The notes under the pieces: model-generated
Seen by the model: only the letters and a program-made list of their open reading frames with translations
Told to the model about the DNA's origin: nothing
The model's database searches: none
Part shown: positions 42,697 through 53,115 of the stretch, piece after piece
How positions within the stretch are numbered: position 1 is the stretch's first letter
How the letters are laid out: every line of letters starts with the position of its first letter
NCBI GenBank assembly: GCA_964436855.1
Contig: CAYTED010000001.1
Span: forward strand, 64,129-128,128
Reading direction: 5' to 3'
Origin: an uncultured Bdellovibrionales bacterium
GTDB lineage: Bacteria; Patescibacteriota; Minisyncoccia; Moranbacterales; UBA1568
Length of the DNA: 64,000 nt
Position numbers and translations under genes: made by a program

Positions 42697-44028
42697 ATGA
42701 ATACGAGCATTTTTAAGTCCTATGACATTCGCGGCATTTACCCAATTGATATCAATGAGGCCGACGCAGAAAAAATTGGCCATGCCTTCGTCACTCATTT
42801 CAAGCCGCAGAAAATAGCCGTCGGACACGACATTCGCCACTCAAGTCCCGCCCTGTTCCAAGCATTTGTCAAGGGGGTAACCGAAAGCGGTGTTGATGTG
42901 ATCGACCTTGGTCTTGCCACCACTCCCATGGTCTACTTTGCGGCACATCATCTCGATGTTGATGCGGTTGTCTCCATTACTGCCTCACACAATCCCCCAG
43001 AGTGGAACGGGATGAAATTCGCATTGAAGGGCGCTCTACCCGTTGGTGAGAAAACCGGACTCTCTGATATCCGCGATATCGCTCTCACAGAAAATTTTTT
43101 GACCGCCAATCGAGTTGGCAGCATTACCACTCAAGAAATTCGCAATCCTTACACGGAATTTTTTGCCACCTTTGCTGATTTTAAAGAAAAAAATTTCTCG
43201 CTCGTCATCGATACGGCAAACGCTATGGGCGTTCTCGAGCTCGATATTCTCAAAAAATTTCCCACTCTCTCAATGACATATCTCTACAATGATCTCGATC
43301 ACCCATTCGAATGTCACGAAGCAAACCCTCTGAAAACAGAAACTCTCGATGAACTCCGAGAAAAAGTAAAAGAAACTCGTGCTGATCTTGGCATCGCTTA
43401 TGATGGCGATGCGGATCGTGTCGGATTTATCGATGAACACGGCGAAATTATTCCCATGGATCTTATAACCGGACTCCTCGCGGAAACTCTTCTCAAGAAA
43501 AAACCGAGGTCAACCATTCTCTATGACCTCCGATCTTCACGTGCCGTAAAAGAAATCATCGAAGAAAACGGCGGGAAAGCAAGTGAGTGCCGGGTCGGTC
43601 ATGCAAATATCAAAAAACAAATGCGCGAAGAAAAGGCAATTTTTGCTGGTGAACTCTCTGGACACTACTATTTCGAAGAAAATTCTTTCGCAGAAGCAAG
43701 TACGCTCGCTGCACTTTTTCTCCTCAACCTTATGGCGGAAACCGGGAAGCCCATTTCCGAACTCGTGAAAAATCTTCGACGCTACGCTCACTCCGGAGAG
43801 ATCAACAGCGATGTAGAGAATAAGGATGCCGTTATGACCGCACTGAAAGAAAAATATGCCGATGGAAAAATAAGTGAGATCGATGGCATAAAGATTGATT
43901 ACCCTGACTGGTGGTTCAGTGTCCGACCATCAAACACCGAACCCGCCCTACGCCTCAATCTTGAAGCAAATACTCCGGAACTGATGGAAGAAAAAAAATC
44001 TGAACTCCTCGCCATTATTCGACAGTAG
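42697..44028 (+). CDS. Phosphomannomutase/phosphoglucomutase (alpha-D-phosphohexomutase family)
   Basis: Catalytic-serine loop SITASHNPPEWNGMKF, metal-binding DGDADR and sugar-binding GELSGH. Confidence 0.85.
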   Translation: MNTSIFKSYDIRGIYPIDINEADAEKIGHAFVTHFKPQKIAVGHDIRHSSPALFQAFVKGVTESGVDVIDLGLATTPMVYFAAHHLDVDAVVSITASHNPPEWNGMKFALKGALPVGEKTGLSDIRDIALTENFLTANRVGSITTQEIRNPYTEFFATFADFKEKNFSLVIDTANAMGVLELDILKKFPTLSMTYLYNDLDHPFECHEANPLKTETLDELREKVKETRADLGIAYDGDADRVGFIDEHGEIIPMDLITGLLAETLLKKKPRSTILYDLRSSRAVKEIIEENGGKASECRVGHANIKKQMREEKAIFAGELSGHYYFEENSFAEASTLAALFLLNLMAETGKPISELVKNLRRYAHSGEINSDVENKDAVMTALKEKYADGKISEIDGIKIDYPDWWFSVRPSNTEPALRLNLEANTPELMEEKKSELLAIIRQ

Positions 44029-44071
44029 AAATTCTTATTCAAAAAAATTTTCCAAACTTTGTTGAGCGAAT

Positions 44072-44121
44072 TTGAATCAAAACGCATGATCTTTCTGTGT
44101 CAAAAAAAGTTTTTGATTCAA
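44072..44121. repeat. 12-bp inverted repeat (TTGAATCAAAAC / GTTTTGATTCAA) with a 26-nt spacer, intergenic
   Basis: Arms seen directly at 44072-44083 and 44110-44121, between convergent manB-like and rlmN genes. Confidence 0.55.
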
Positions 44122-44193
44122 CTTGAGAAAAACATCAATGGAGATTTTTCTGTACGGAAAAAAAGTTTGGCAAGCTTCTAAAATTCATTCACA

Positions 44194-45267
44194 TCAGCCC
44201 TGGACACAGGATTCTTCATTTGCTGAAATGCCCTCCTTTTGTGTTTCCTGAATCAGTTGTCCGCACGCAGCGGCAATGTCCTCGCCCATCGCGCGACGAC
44301 GCGTCACATTCACACCCCTCAACAAAAGAATTTTCTGAAAGTGCGATATCTCGCCTTCCGAGCTTCTCGAATATAATCGACCCGTCTCATTAAACGGGAT
44401 AAGGTTTATTTTTACTTTTCCAATCCGATTGGCAAATCGAGCAAGTTGTTCCGCATGCTGATCGGTATCATTAACGCCATGGAGCAAAATGTATTCAAAA
44501 GTAAGGTGCCGTCGCCGTTCCGGAAAAAGAGAAAAATATCGCTTTGTCCAATCAATAAGCTCTTCAAGAAACGCGTCATGTGATGTCGGCATGATATTTT
44601 TTCTCGTTTCAATATCGGCACTATGCAGCGAAACGGCAATTCGAACCGATGGCCACTCCGAATCAGATAGCAGCCGATTCATTACAGGAAGCAATCCAAC
44701 GGTTGACACCGTAATCCGCGTCGGTCCAAGATCCGTATATTCAAGAAAAAGTTTCAGCGACTCCTTCACATTCTCATAATTCGCAAGCGGCTCTCCCATT
44801 CCCATAAAGACAATATTACTCACCCGCCCTTCAATACGACGATCAGAAATGATTTTCTTCCACATCCGATACTGATCAATGATTTCATCCTCCGAAAGAT
44901 TTCGAAAAAATCCCATTCTTCCAGTTGCACAAAAAGAGCAATTCATCGCACATCCAACCTGCGCGGACACGCAAATCGTCCATTCACCGCGCGCGTTTTG
45001 CATCAGTACCGATTCAATCCTTGCTCCATCAGAAAGCCGAAGAATGGCTTTATATACGTCTTTCTTCACCCCTTCAAGCACGCACTCAATTGTAAGAGAA
45101 AAAAAAGCAATATGTGTGGAAAGCGTTTCCCGATCCGTTTTAGAAAAATTCAGCGCTCGATTCCAATCCTCCGAAGTATCATTGAAAAGAAAACGAAAAA
45201 ATTGCCGCTCGCGAAACTGCGGTGCAGCCGGAAAATATGTTCGAAACAGCACTCGCCTCGATTCCAT
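44194..45267 (-). CDS. rlmN: 23S rRNA/tRNA adenine-C2 methyltransferase RlmN (radical SAM)
   Basis: CVSAQVGCAMNCSFCATG radical-SAM cluster motif with RlmN-type flanks; start set at MESRRV. Confidence 0.8.
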   Translation of the reverse strand: MESRRVLFRTYFPAAPQFRERQFFRFLFNDTSEDWNRALNFSKTDRETLSTHIAFFSLTIECVLEGVKKDVYKAILRLSDGARIESVLMQNARGEWTICVSAQVGCAMNCSFCATGRMGFFRNLSEDEIIDQYRMWKKIISDRRIEGRVSNIVFMGMGEPLANYENVKESLKLFLEYTDLGPTRITVSTVGLLPVMNRLLSDSEWPSVRIAVSLHSADIETRKNIMPTSHDAFLEELIDWTKRYFSLFPERRRHLTFEYILLHGVNDTDQHAEQLARFANRIGKVKINLIPFNETGRLYSRSSEGEISHFQKILLLRGVNVTRRRAMGEDIAAACGQLIQETQKEGISANEESCVQG

Positions 45268-45316
45268 AGAAACCAAAAAAAAGGAACTGGAAGTATACAC
45301 CAAAAAAAGAGAATCG

Positions 45317-45670
45317 TCAATTCTTCTTTTTGGGTCGATTAGAATATTCCGTATGGAAAAAATCCTCAAACCGAGGTGTCTCATTAAATAACCGGTCGCG
45401 TTCGCCTAGTTTTTTGCGAACACGATCAAAAGCCTGTTCCTGAAAACCAACTTCCCGCGAATGGGTATTTAAATACTCTTTTTTTCGACCTTCAGACCAC
45501 GTGTATTTCAAAATGGAATTTTTCCAAAAAATACCACCCAGTGCCAAAGTGATGAGAAAGAAAAACGTAAAGAAATATCGATACCGACGAAACCAAAACT
45601 GAACAACTCGCTTCAATACGCTCTTCGAAATTGACGTTGTAATTTTTTTTCCAAAAAGAAGCATAGGCAT
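45317..45670 (-). CDS. Small membrane-anchored hypothetical protein at the end of the pilMNO cluster (possible PilP-like)
   Basis: Single TM (FFTFFFLITLALGGIFW); immediately follows the pilO-like gene with an abutting stop/start. Confidence 0.4.
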   Translation of the reverse strand: MPMLLFGKKITTSISKSVLKRVVQFWFRRYRYFFTFFFLITLALGGIFWKNSILKYTWSEGRKKEYLNTHSREVGFQEQAFDRVRKKLGERDRLFNETPRFEDFFHTEYSNRPKKKN

Positions 45671-46446
45671 TAATTTTTCACATACACAACCACACTAAAT
45701 GTTCCTTCTACAAAATTGTTGGGTTCTGGTTCTGGTTCTGGTTCTGGCTCTGACACAACCTCCACTGCCGTACTATTGGAAGAAGTCTCAGTGGGCAATG
45801 ATCGCTGTAATAAATCGCCGCCCGGCTTCTTTGGCGCTTCCTCGTTTTCAACAAAATGAATATTGATCGAAACCACATCGAGAGCGAACGGAATGGTTTC
45901 CAATCGATGGAGAAAGAGCCCTACCTCCGGATACTTCCCGGTAACGTGAATCACAAAAGAAAGATACTCCTGAAAAGGAAGATTTCCAAGAATAGATTCG
46001 TCTTTTTTCTTTTCGGGAGCGGACTGCCCCTCCTTATCCTTGGCATCGGCGGCATCCTTGCGTTCTTTGGCGGTGGTCGAGGATTTTTTCTTTTCCAATT
46101 CCTTCGACTCGATCGATATGGTAACTCCGGATTTCTCTGCAGTTTTTTCAATCGCCTCAATAAATCGAACAATATCTTCTCGATTCGTAAAAATATCAAG
46201 CACGCCTCCATTTTCTCGAATCAGCGCATACTGCCGCTCAAGCTCGGGCAATTCCCCGAGCCGTTTCCTGGTTGCTTCCTCAAGAATTTTCGTTTCCTCC
46301 CTCTTGTCAAGCATCGATCGGATATTTCGTTTCACCGGATCGATTCCCCATTGCCACAGAAGATACATCCCAAGAAAAAATCCGAGGATAATAATAAGTG
46401 GAAAATATTTTCGAAAAGAGGCATTCATAAGTTTTCTCGTATACAA
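45670..46446 (-). CDS. pilO: PilO-like type IV pilus assembly protein
   Basis: Single N-terminal TM plus coiled-coil, sitting in a pilM-pilN-pilO order. Confidence 0.55.
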   Translation of the reverse strand: MYTRKLMNASFRKYFPLIIILGFFLGMYLLWQWGIDPVKRNIRSMLDKREETKILEEATRKRLGELPELERQYALIRENGGVLDIFTNREDIVRFIEAIEKTAEKSGVTISIESKELEKKKSSTTAKERKDAADAKDKEGQSAPEKKKDESILGNLPFQEYLSFVIHVTGKYPEVGLFLHRLETIPFALDVVSINIHFVENEEAPKKPGGDLLQRSLPTETSSNSTAVEVVSEPEPEPEPEPNNFVEGTFSVVVYVKN

Positions 46447-46979
46447 TCTTTGCGGAGATCAAATTCTATTTGAAAAGAAATGTCCTGCCGTGAAACCAGA
46501 TTTGCGATCGGAACATTCACATCCAAGAAGCATGATTCGCTTTTCAATCGACTTTCAAACTCAAGTAAGTGATCACGGATATCTGCTTCGCCGGAAAGCG
46601 TTACGTGATACTCTTTCGTCGAAAGATCCGAAAGGGCAACACCTTGTGGAAATTTCTTTTGCAGCAAAAGAAGAAATCGAGTCCAGTACAAATGATCGGA
46701 TTGCCCCTTGAGGACGAGTGTCGTCCGTTCGTTGACATCACGAAATGACTTCTCCATCTCTGTAATTTTTTTTCGATCAGAATCCTCATGAGACTCTATT
46801 CCGATAGAAACATTCTCCTGCTCGAATTTCACAATAAAAAGCGCGCCAATCAAAATTCCCAAATAAAAAATCTCAAGAAAAAAATAAAAAAACACCTGCG
46901 ACAACACAAAACGAGATCGCACGTTTTCTTTCAAGATCTCTTTCCGTTCCTCCGGAAGTAAATTAAGCAAGATATTCAT
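46425..46979 (-). CDS. pilN: PilN-like type IV pilus assembly protein
   Basis: MNILLNLLPEERKE N-terminus (typical PilN 'LLP' start) followed by a TM helix; overlaps the pilM stop. Confidence 0.55.
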   Translation of the reverse strand: MNILLNLLPEERKEILKENVRSRFVLSQVFFYFFLEIFYLGILIGALFIVKFEQENVSIGIESHEDSDRKKITEMEKSFRDVNERTTLVLKGQSDHLYWTRFLLLLQKKFPQGVALSDLSTKEYHVTLSGEADIRDHLLEFESRLKSESCFLDVNVPIANLVSRQDISFQIEFDLRKDCIRENL

Positions 46980-48078
46980 AGATTTCAATATTGGGAAGAC
47001 CGAGTCCGATAGCGGTTGAGTATTGTACGGATCGATTTCGATCGATCGGAGGAATATCACCGTCAAGGCCGACATTGATCCACGGGTCGCCAAGTTCCAC
47101 CTTTCGACCGAGTTTCCAAGTCAAATACGGTATAAGTCCGCGCATATTCGCGCCACCGCCACAGAGAATCACCGCATCGACCGCATTGGAATATCCGAGA
47201 TTATTCAAATAAAAATCAATCGATTTTTGCATCTCGGAAACCAGATTGTCGAGAATCGGCTGTGCCGCCCGATAAAGCGGATTATCGTCAGTAAACGAAC
47301 CGATTCCTCGAGAAAGTTTCATTTTTTCCGCGTCTTCAAAAGAAATTTTCAATTCCTTTGATATGGCGTCAGTAATGCCCTGCGACGAAATCGGTACACT
47401 CGATGTAAAACACGGGATATTGCCGACGCAGACAAAAAAACTCGTCCGACGATCTCCGATATCCACAATGAGTGTCGTGCGCGAAAAATCCTTGCTCGTC
47501 CCCGGAAGATCCGGAAGAAGACTTCTCGCCTGCGCCACCGCCTCGGTTTCCATGCCTATCACATCAAAACCGGCTTGTTCAAGTACATTGTAAAAATCGT
47601 CCACCACACCCCTTGAAACCGCGACCACAAGAGTGAACATTTTATCTTTCGAGTGCTCTGCAAACACACCCTCCCGAAGCACCTGCCAATCGTAATATAC
47701 CTGATCGATCGGAAGCGGAATATTTGCCTCAATTTCCCATTTCATCGCCTCTTCAATTTCCTCTTCCGCCATTCTCGGAAGGGAAATAATTCGAAGAAAC
47801 GCCTTAATCTCCGGAAGAGAACAGACGACCTTTTTCGCGTGAATAGATCGGGGCTTCCCCTGCTGAACAATTTGCTGGAGAGCTTTCACAACCGCTCCTG
47901 AATCTTTGATCTCCCCGTCTACAACAGCGCCCATCGGAAGCGGAACCGAGGAATACGAACGGAATACTCGTCTTCCCCCTTCCTCCTCGATCCATGCGGC
48001 CTTAAGAGACAGGTCCGAAATATCAAGCCCAAACGGTCGGGGAAAATAATTAATGATTTTTTTCTGAAGAAAACTCAT
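46963..48078 (-). CDS. pilM: Type IV pilus assembly protein PilM (actin-like ATPase fold)
   Basis: N-terminal FGLDISDLSLKAA and the FtsA/PilM-like fold pattern; the pilN/pilO genes follow; start set at MSFLQKK. Confidence 0.75.
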   Translation of the reverse strand: MSFLQKKIINYFPRPFGLDISDLSLKAAWIEEEGGRRVFRSYSSVPLPMGAVVDGEIKDSGAVVKALQQIVQQGKPRSIHAKKVVCSLPEIKAFLRIISLPRMAEEEIEEAMKWEIEANIPLPIDQVYYDWQVLREGVFAEHSKDKMFTLVVAVSRGVVDDFYNVLEQAGFDVIGMETEAVAQARSLLPDLPGTSKDFSRTTLIVDIGDRRTSFFVCVGNIPCFTSSVPISSQGITDAISKELKISFEDAEKMKLSRGIGSFTDDNPLYRAAQPILDNLVSEMQKSIDFYLNNLGYSNAVDAVILCGGGANMRGLIPYLTWKLGRKVELGDPWINVGLDGDIPPIDRNRSVQYSTAIGLGLPNIEIYEYLA

Positions 48079-48174
48079 TTCTTTTTTTGTGTTGCTTTTT
48101 TTATTCGCTTTTACCCATATTGTATCATAAAAATTAGCGGGGATTCCACTCACGCCGAGATTGTGCACGAAGGT

Positions 48175-49608
48175 TCAAATCTCCTCCCAGAGATCGAGAA
48201 GATATTGACTTCCTGTTGGAAAATACGGCGGCGGGCAATAGAGCAAATTGTTGTCATAAATAAGATCGCGGTTCCGATACCCTGACACATGATTCCCCAG
48301 TGTGTCCGCCCACGCAAATCCATACCGTTCATTACTCACGATCGACCCGTAAATGGTAATTGTATCTCGAATCGCATAGGTTCCGGTATAATTCGCCCGT
48401 CCAACACGACCATTCTGCGCAAGAAGTGCGGCATCAATACGCAGGAAATCATTGCTTTGTCGATACACTTCCACATCATTTTGACCAATAAGGCCGATCA
48501 TATCCGAGCAATCGTAATTCGTATAACGAACATCCTTACCGAGATACATCGTTTTTTGCGAACTGGAAATAAGGTTCGCAGCCACTATCGTTACACGTCG
48601 TCCATTCACCGTCCCTTCGAGCCACACGTTATTCTCTACAAAAATCACCCCATTGTCCGGAATAGAATAGGTTGACCATCCGCCGCTGTAATTGTTAATT
48701 TCATTCGTCGAAGCATTAAAACTTTGCACGGTACGGATATCGAACGTATCGTTTGCCTTCAAGATGATATGTCTTCCTTGATGGGTATTATCAAAATATC
48801 GACTCCCATTCGTTCCCGCTTTCGCTTCGCTTTTCATCAGATTCAAATCTCCGAGAACACCGTTAAAATCAATCGGCGCAACAGGAAACTCCCTTCCAGC
48901 TTCAAACACATCTGTTCGATTCGGGACTGGATTCGGGGGCGCTTCCGCGGAACGATAGGAACTATTTGAACCAGTTGCCGGAGGAGGATTCACATGCGTA
49001 TGTACTCCAAACTCATTCCCTCCCGTATGATCCGGGTCGTTATAATCCGAAACCGAACTCGTCACAAGATTATGAGCAAGACCATCAAACCGAATACCGC
49101 CATTCGAATGAATTTTTCCGAATACCTCCGTTCCTTCGCCAAAACGAACGGGCTGATTCGACATCACGGCGCTTTCGCTCCATGACGGGCGACGGAGCCG
49201 GACACGAATTGTTCGCGCAAGGCTCGGATTTCCGGTGGTATACCCTCTAGACTCGATATAAACGATCGTCTCACTCGGATCGGGTGGAGTTACCGTAATC
49301 GAATACGATCCATTTCCGAAACTCCCGACGTATGGCGTATTGACTCCGAAAGGGTATGGCGCAGTGCTGGTCCAAAACGCCCTGACTTGAGAAGCGGTGC
49401 GACCGTCAAGTTGGTGCGCAAGATACCACTTGTAGAAATGCACCCCTGCTTCCGCTATCTGCAATGCCTGCTCACGATCATGCTGCTTGATGCTGTATTG
49501 AATTTGCGAGACGACAAAACCAAGAATTGCCGTAAGCAAAATCATCACAATCGTCATAACGGAAAGCGCATATGCGATCGCAGAGCCGGAAAGCGTGGTA
49601 CGTTTCAT
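48175..49608 (-). CDS. Large PilX-like pilus-associated protein with an N-terminal TM anchor
   Basis: MKRTTLSGSAIAYALSVMTIVMILLTAILG N-terminal hydrophobic segment as in PilX_N minor pilins; sits between the pilin genes and pilM. Confidence 0.55.
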   Translation of the reverse strand: MKRTTLSGSAIAYALSVMTIVMILLTAILGFVVSQIQYSIKQHDREQALQIAEAGVHFYKWYLAHQLDGRTASQVRAFWTSTAPYPFGVNTPYVGSFGNGSYSITVTPPDPSETIVYIESRGYTTGNPSLARTIRVRLRRPSWSESAVMSNQPVRFGEGTEVFGKIHSNGGIRFDGLAHNLVTSSVSDYNDPDHTGGNEFGVHTHVNPPPATGSNSSYRSAEAPPNPVPNRTDVFEAGREFPVAPIDFNGVLGDLNLMKSEAKAGTNGSRYFDNTHQGRHIILKANDTFDIRTVQSFNASTNEINNYSGGWSTYSIPDNGVIFVENNVWLEGTVNGRRVTIVAANLISSSQKTMYLGKDVRYTNYDCSDMIGLIGQNDVEVYRQSNDFLRIDAALLAQNGRVGRANYTGTYAIRDTITIYGSIVSNERYGFAWADTLGNHVSGYRNRDLIYDNNLLYCPPPYFPTGSQYLLDLWEEI

Positions 49609-49615
49609 ACAATAC

Positions 49616-50242
49616 TTAGTAATTATTGAGATTCCGCAACTCAACAAACGATTCGATATTGATGTGATCCGGCGCATGCAAAGGATCGATATTCACCATA
49701 AGATGTACCTTGATCATACGGGCATCGGAAACCGATATTGGTGTCGTAAGCGGATTCTTGACGGTATCAGTCGGATAGTCATCATTGTAATAATAAAATA
49801 CCGGATCCGTCGGCGTATTCGCAATCGAACCCGCGAGCACTTGCGTCGTATCGTCCCCTGCCGGATAAGTAACAGGAAAACCGGAAACTGGATTAGTTAT
49901 ACCGCGATAAAGGGAACTTCCATTGAGATAATAATGAACACGCTCGGTATCTCCGTCATTATCGATATCAATATACAATTTGAGATCAAAATCATCACCA
50001 GATTCAATCGGATAATCGCCATTGTCCGCTTGTCGCGATTTTCGAATTTCAGAAATAACCTGTCCAACACCTCGTGAAGCGATAAAGGAGGCGTTTCCCA
50101 TTTCCAAAACAAACTTATTGTTATCCCAACTCTTGAGCAAAAGAAGTGTTACTCCCTCCATACCGATAAAGAGTATGGCAATCGCCATAATCATCTCTAT
50201 GAATGACATTCCTTGGGTGGTCATTGTTCGTTGCTGCATCAT
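49616..50242 (-). CDS. Prepilin-type minor pilin/pseudopilin
   Basis: N-terminal ...TTQG|MSFIEMIMAIAILFIG, a class III signal with Gly at -1 and Glu at +5. Confidence 0.7.
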   Translation of the reverse strand: MMQQRTMTTQGMSFIEMIMAIAILFIGMEGVTLLLLKSWDNNKFVLEMGNASFIASRGVGQVISEIRKSRQADNGDYPIESGDDFDLKLYIDIDNDGDTERVHYYLNGSSLYRGITNPVSGFPVTYPAGDDTTQVLAGSIANTPTDPVFYYYNDDYPTDTVKNPLTTPISVSDARMIKVHLMVNIDPLHAPDHINIESFVELRNLNNY

Positions 50243-50257
50243 ATCAGTTCATATATT

Positions 50258-51622
50258 TTAGAGTGCCGTCAGGCTCATTGTCTTTTTTTCTAAAATACTC
50301 CCGGAAACCGAAATATTGCTTGTTTTCGGATTGAATCCGCTTGCGGAAATTTCGATATCATAATTTCCAGCGACAAGCGGTGTATCGACATTCGGAAAAA
50401 ACGCCCTTCCGTACGTGTCGGTCGTTACAGAGACATCATATCCAAGGGTTGTATTGAAAAGACGAACCGACGCTCCGGAAACAGCCGTTGTATCAGCGGC
50501 ATTGTTGACTGTAATGATCGCAGAAGAATACGACTTGCTTGCGACAATCATTTTTACAGTCTTTGTCGTATTCGGAAGGACGCTCATATTTCCAAATGGA
50601 AGTTCCTCGGGATCAAGTCGTACGTATTCGTATCCCGTTTCACTTGAATCAAGATCGATACTATAAGACCCTGCGCTTCGTCCGCTAATATTCCATTCGC
50701 CATCTCCATTCGTCGTTTCGGTCGATGAGTAATCATATACCGGATCTCCGGATGGCGGAGTTGTCCCCAACACAAGACCCCCGGAGAGTGAAAACATGAT
50801 ATCCGGAACGTCTAAGCCAAATGGATTCACCGTCTGAAAATTAATCCCTGATGTCCGATCAAGAACAAGAGTCGTTGTTGTCAGACTTCCTGCAACAACG
50901 GAAGCATGCACATTGACCGGATTGAATGTCGATGTCGGATACGGAGGATATGTTTGATTACTGTAACTCCCGCTTTTACTTACGGTAATCGAATATGCTT
51001 GAATCGACGCGCGTGCACCGACACTCGTCGCGTTGCCAGTGGCATCCGTTGTAAGAGTTGTATTGACCGGAGGAGAAACAGTTGAATTCACGATATGAAC
51101 CGATGCTCCGGAAACACCCGCCCCCGAAGAGTCGAGTACGTTTACCGAAAGAATTCCCGTTCCCGCAGCAACCGATTCGACCCCGTCGAGCGAAAAAATC
51201 GATGTCACCTCCACTGTTTCCGAGGGACTTCCTCCGCCCCAAGAAACGCGAATGGTCGCTTTTTTGTAATCATTCGGAGCGGTATCCGTTCCAAGTGAAA
51301 GCAATCCATCGGTCGGATCGTCCACAAACGGAATTTCCGTATGCACCTTATACGTGATAGTATTCACGGCAATCGATTGATCCTGCATAATAGTTCCCGC
51401 TGGAATACCGGCAATCGTTCCAATGTCGTCGTAAATAAGACTTCGAAGAATTTCCATCCGCTGATTCGCAAGCGCGGTTGCCCCGAGGCGGTTTTTCGCA
51501 TTAATAATATGCTTTGTGCCAAGTGTCCACGTTTCATAAAAACTCATTGTAATCATCGAGAAAATAAAAAGAAACGTAAGCGCCTCAATCAAGGTAAAGC
51601 CCCTCTGAAAAGAATTTTGCAT
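50258..51622 (-). CDS. Giant type IV prepilin (~454 aa) with Ig-like C-terminal modules
   Basis: MQNSFQRG|FTLIEALTFLFIF canonical prepilin leader (G-1, F+1, E+5); long Thr/Ser/Val-rich beta-rich C-terminus. Confidence 0.7.
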   Translation of the reverse strand: MQNSFQRGFTLIEALTFLFIFSMITMSFYETWTLGTKHIINAKNRLGATALANQRMEILRSLIYDDIGTIAGIPAGTIMQDQSIAVNTITYKVHTEIPFVDDPTDGLLSLGTDTAPNDYKKATIRVSWGGGSPSETVEVTSIFSLDGVESVAAGTGILSVNVLDSSGAGVSGASVHIVNSTVSPPVNTTLTTDATGNATSVGARASIQAYSITVSKSGSYSNQTYPPYPTSTFNPVNVHASVVAGSLTTTTLVLDRTSGINFQTVNPFGLDVPDIMFSLSGGLVLGTTPPSGDPVYDYSSTETTNGDGEWNISGRSAGSYSIDLDSSETGYEYVRLDPEELPFGNMSVLPNTTKTVKMIVASKSYSSAIITVNNAADTTAVSGASVRLFNTTLGYDVSVTTDTYGRAFFPNVDTPLVAGNYDIEISASGFNPKTSNISVSGSILEKKTMSLTAL

Positions 51623-51818
51623 TTTGTCTGCCAATGGGCGAATTGAATCTCGGATCATTTCTTTTGTCTGATGTTCATCTTGGAGCGAAATTCGAGGCAA
51701 TCAAAAGGAACGGAGAGAGCCATGCTGATAAAGGCTCGACGTCGACCTACCCGCAGCACCAACGCATTGCAGGCGGGACGCCGAATCAATCAACAAAGAA
51801 ATTCGCAAGAAATGGAAA

Positions 51819-53045
51819 TTACTTAATATTCTCAAGAACACTATACATCGGCGTCAACATCGCCACCGCAAAAAACCCGACTGCACCACCGATCAGAAGC
51901 ATAAGAATCGGCTCGATGATCGAAGAGAGGTTTTTCGTAATCTGATTCACTTCTTCTTCGTAGAAATCCGCAAGGCGTGTCAATACCAACTCTGTCTTTC
52001 CGGTTTCCTCACCAACTTCGATAATTTGCGGAACAAGTATCGGAAAAATCTTCGGATATTTCTTGATAATTTTACTCAACTCTACGCCCTTCTGAATATC
52101 CGTCTGCGCCACAATGAGCGCTTCCCGATAAAACACATTTGAAAGCGTTTTCCCGACAATCGAAAGTCCATCCACCACCGACACACCGGATTTGAGAAGC
52201 GAGCTGTAGATTCGAGAGAATCGCGCGCAATTTACCTTGATAACGATATTCCCAATAATCGGAAGATAAAGAAATACGAGATGAAAAAACCGCCTTCCAA
52301 ACGGCTGCTGATAGAGAACCCTTACCAGTGCGATCAAGCCAACAAAGATACCGACGGTGATGATGGAATGATTCCGCATAAAATCGGACAGGGCGATAAT
52401 GGCAAGCGTCGATGCCGGCAACTGTACATCCATATCCTTAAAAACACCCGTGATCCTCGGAAGAATATAGGTCAACATGAGAATTCCGATTCCAATCATC
52501 GCAACCACAATCACCGCCGGATACATGAGCGCGCCACGCACTTTTGAAAGAAGCTCATGCTCCTTTTCAAGCTGCACCGCGAGAATTTCAAGCACTTGCT
52601 CCAAACTTCCACTCACCTCACCTACATTCACCATATTCACGAACAGTTCATCGAAAACTGTCGGATATTTTGCAAGTCCCTCCGAAAGGGTTGCGCCTCC
52701 CTGAAGATCATGATTGACATTTTCAAGAATTTCACGAAATTTCGCATTTCTTGTCTGTTCAGAAAGATTTGCAATCGCACGCGCCACTGGAAGCCCAGAG
52801 GAAATCATTACTGCAAGGTTTCGCGTAAACACCATTTTTTCCTTGAGCGGCACAGAAAGAAATCGGTCGAGAAATTTTATACGCGCGCCGGATTTTGTAG
52901 CGCCCTCAAGCTCTTTTGCCGACGTCAAAAGCCACCCTTCCGCACGAAGCGTTTGTGCGAGTTCTTGCTCATCCCTTGCCTCCACTTCACCACCCTGATT
53001 TTCTCCGGTGGTAATATTTTTTGCAGTATAAAGAAATTTCGACAT
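51819..53045 (-). CDS. pilC: Type IV pilus inner-membrane platform protein PilC (GspF family)
   Basis: Two GspF repeats with three TM segments; start set at MSKFLYTAKN. Confidence 0.8.
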   Translation of the reverse strand: MSKFLYTAKNITTGENQGGEVEARDEQELAQTLRAEGWLLTSAKELEGATKSGARIKFLDRFLSVPLKEKMVFTRNLAVMISSGLPVARAIANLSEQTRNAKFREILENVNHDLQGGATLSEGLAKYPTVFDELFVNMVNVGEVSGSLEQVLEILAVQLEKEHELLSKVRGALMYPAVIVVAMIGIGILMLTYILPRITGVFKDMDVQLPASTLAIIALSDFMRNHSIITVGIFVGLIALVRVLYQQPFGRRFFHLVFLYLPIIGNIVIKVNCARFSRIYSSLLKSGVSVVDGLSIVGKTLSNVFYREALIVAQTDIQKGVELSKIIKKYPKIFPILVPQIIEVGEETGKTELVLTRLADFYEEEVNQITKNLSSIIEPILMLLIGGAVGFFAVAMLTPMYSVLENIK

Positions 53046-53115
53046 AACCTCTTTTTTTTGTTTTTGCCCTATTTGAAATTGTACCACAAACAAGTATCAT
53101 TCCGATACACCCCGT

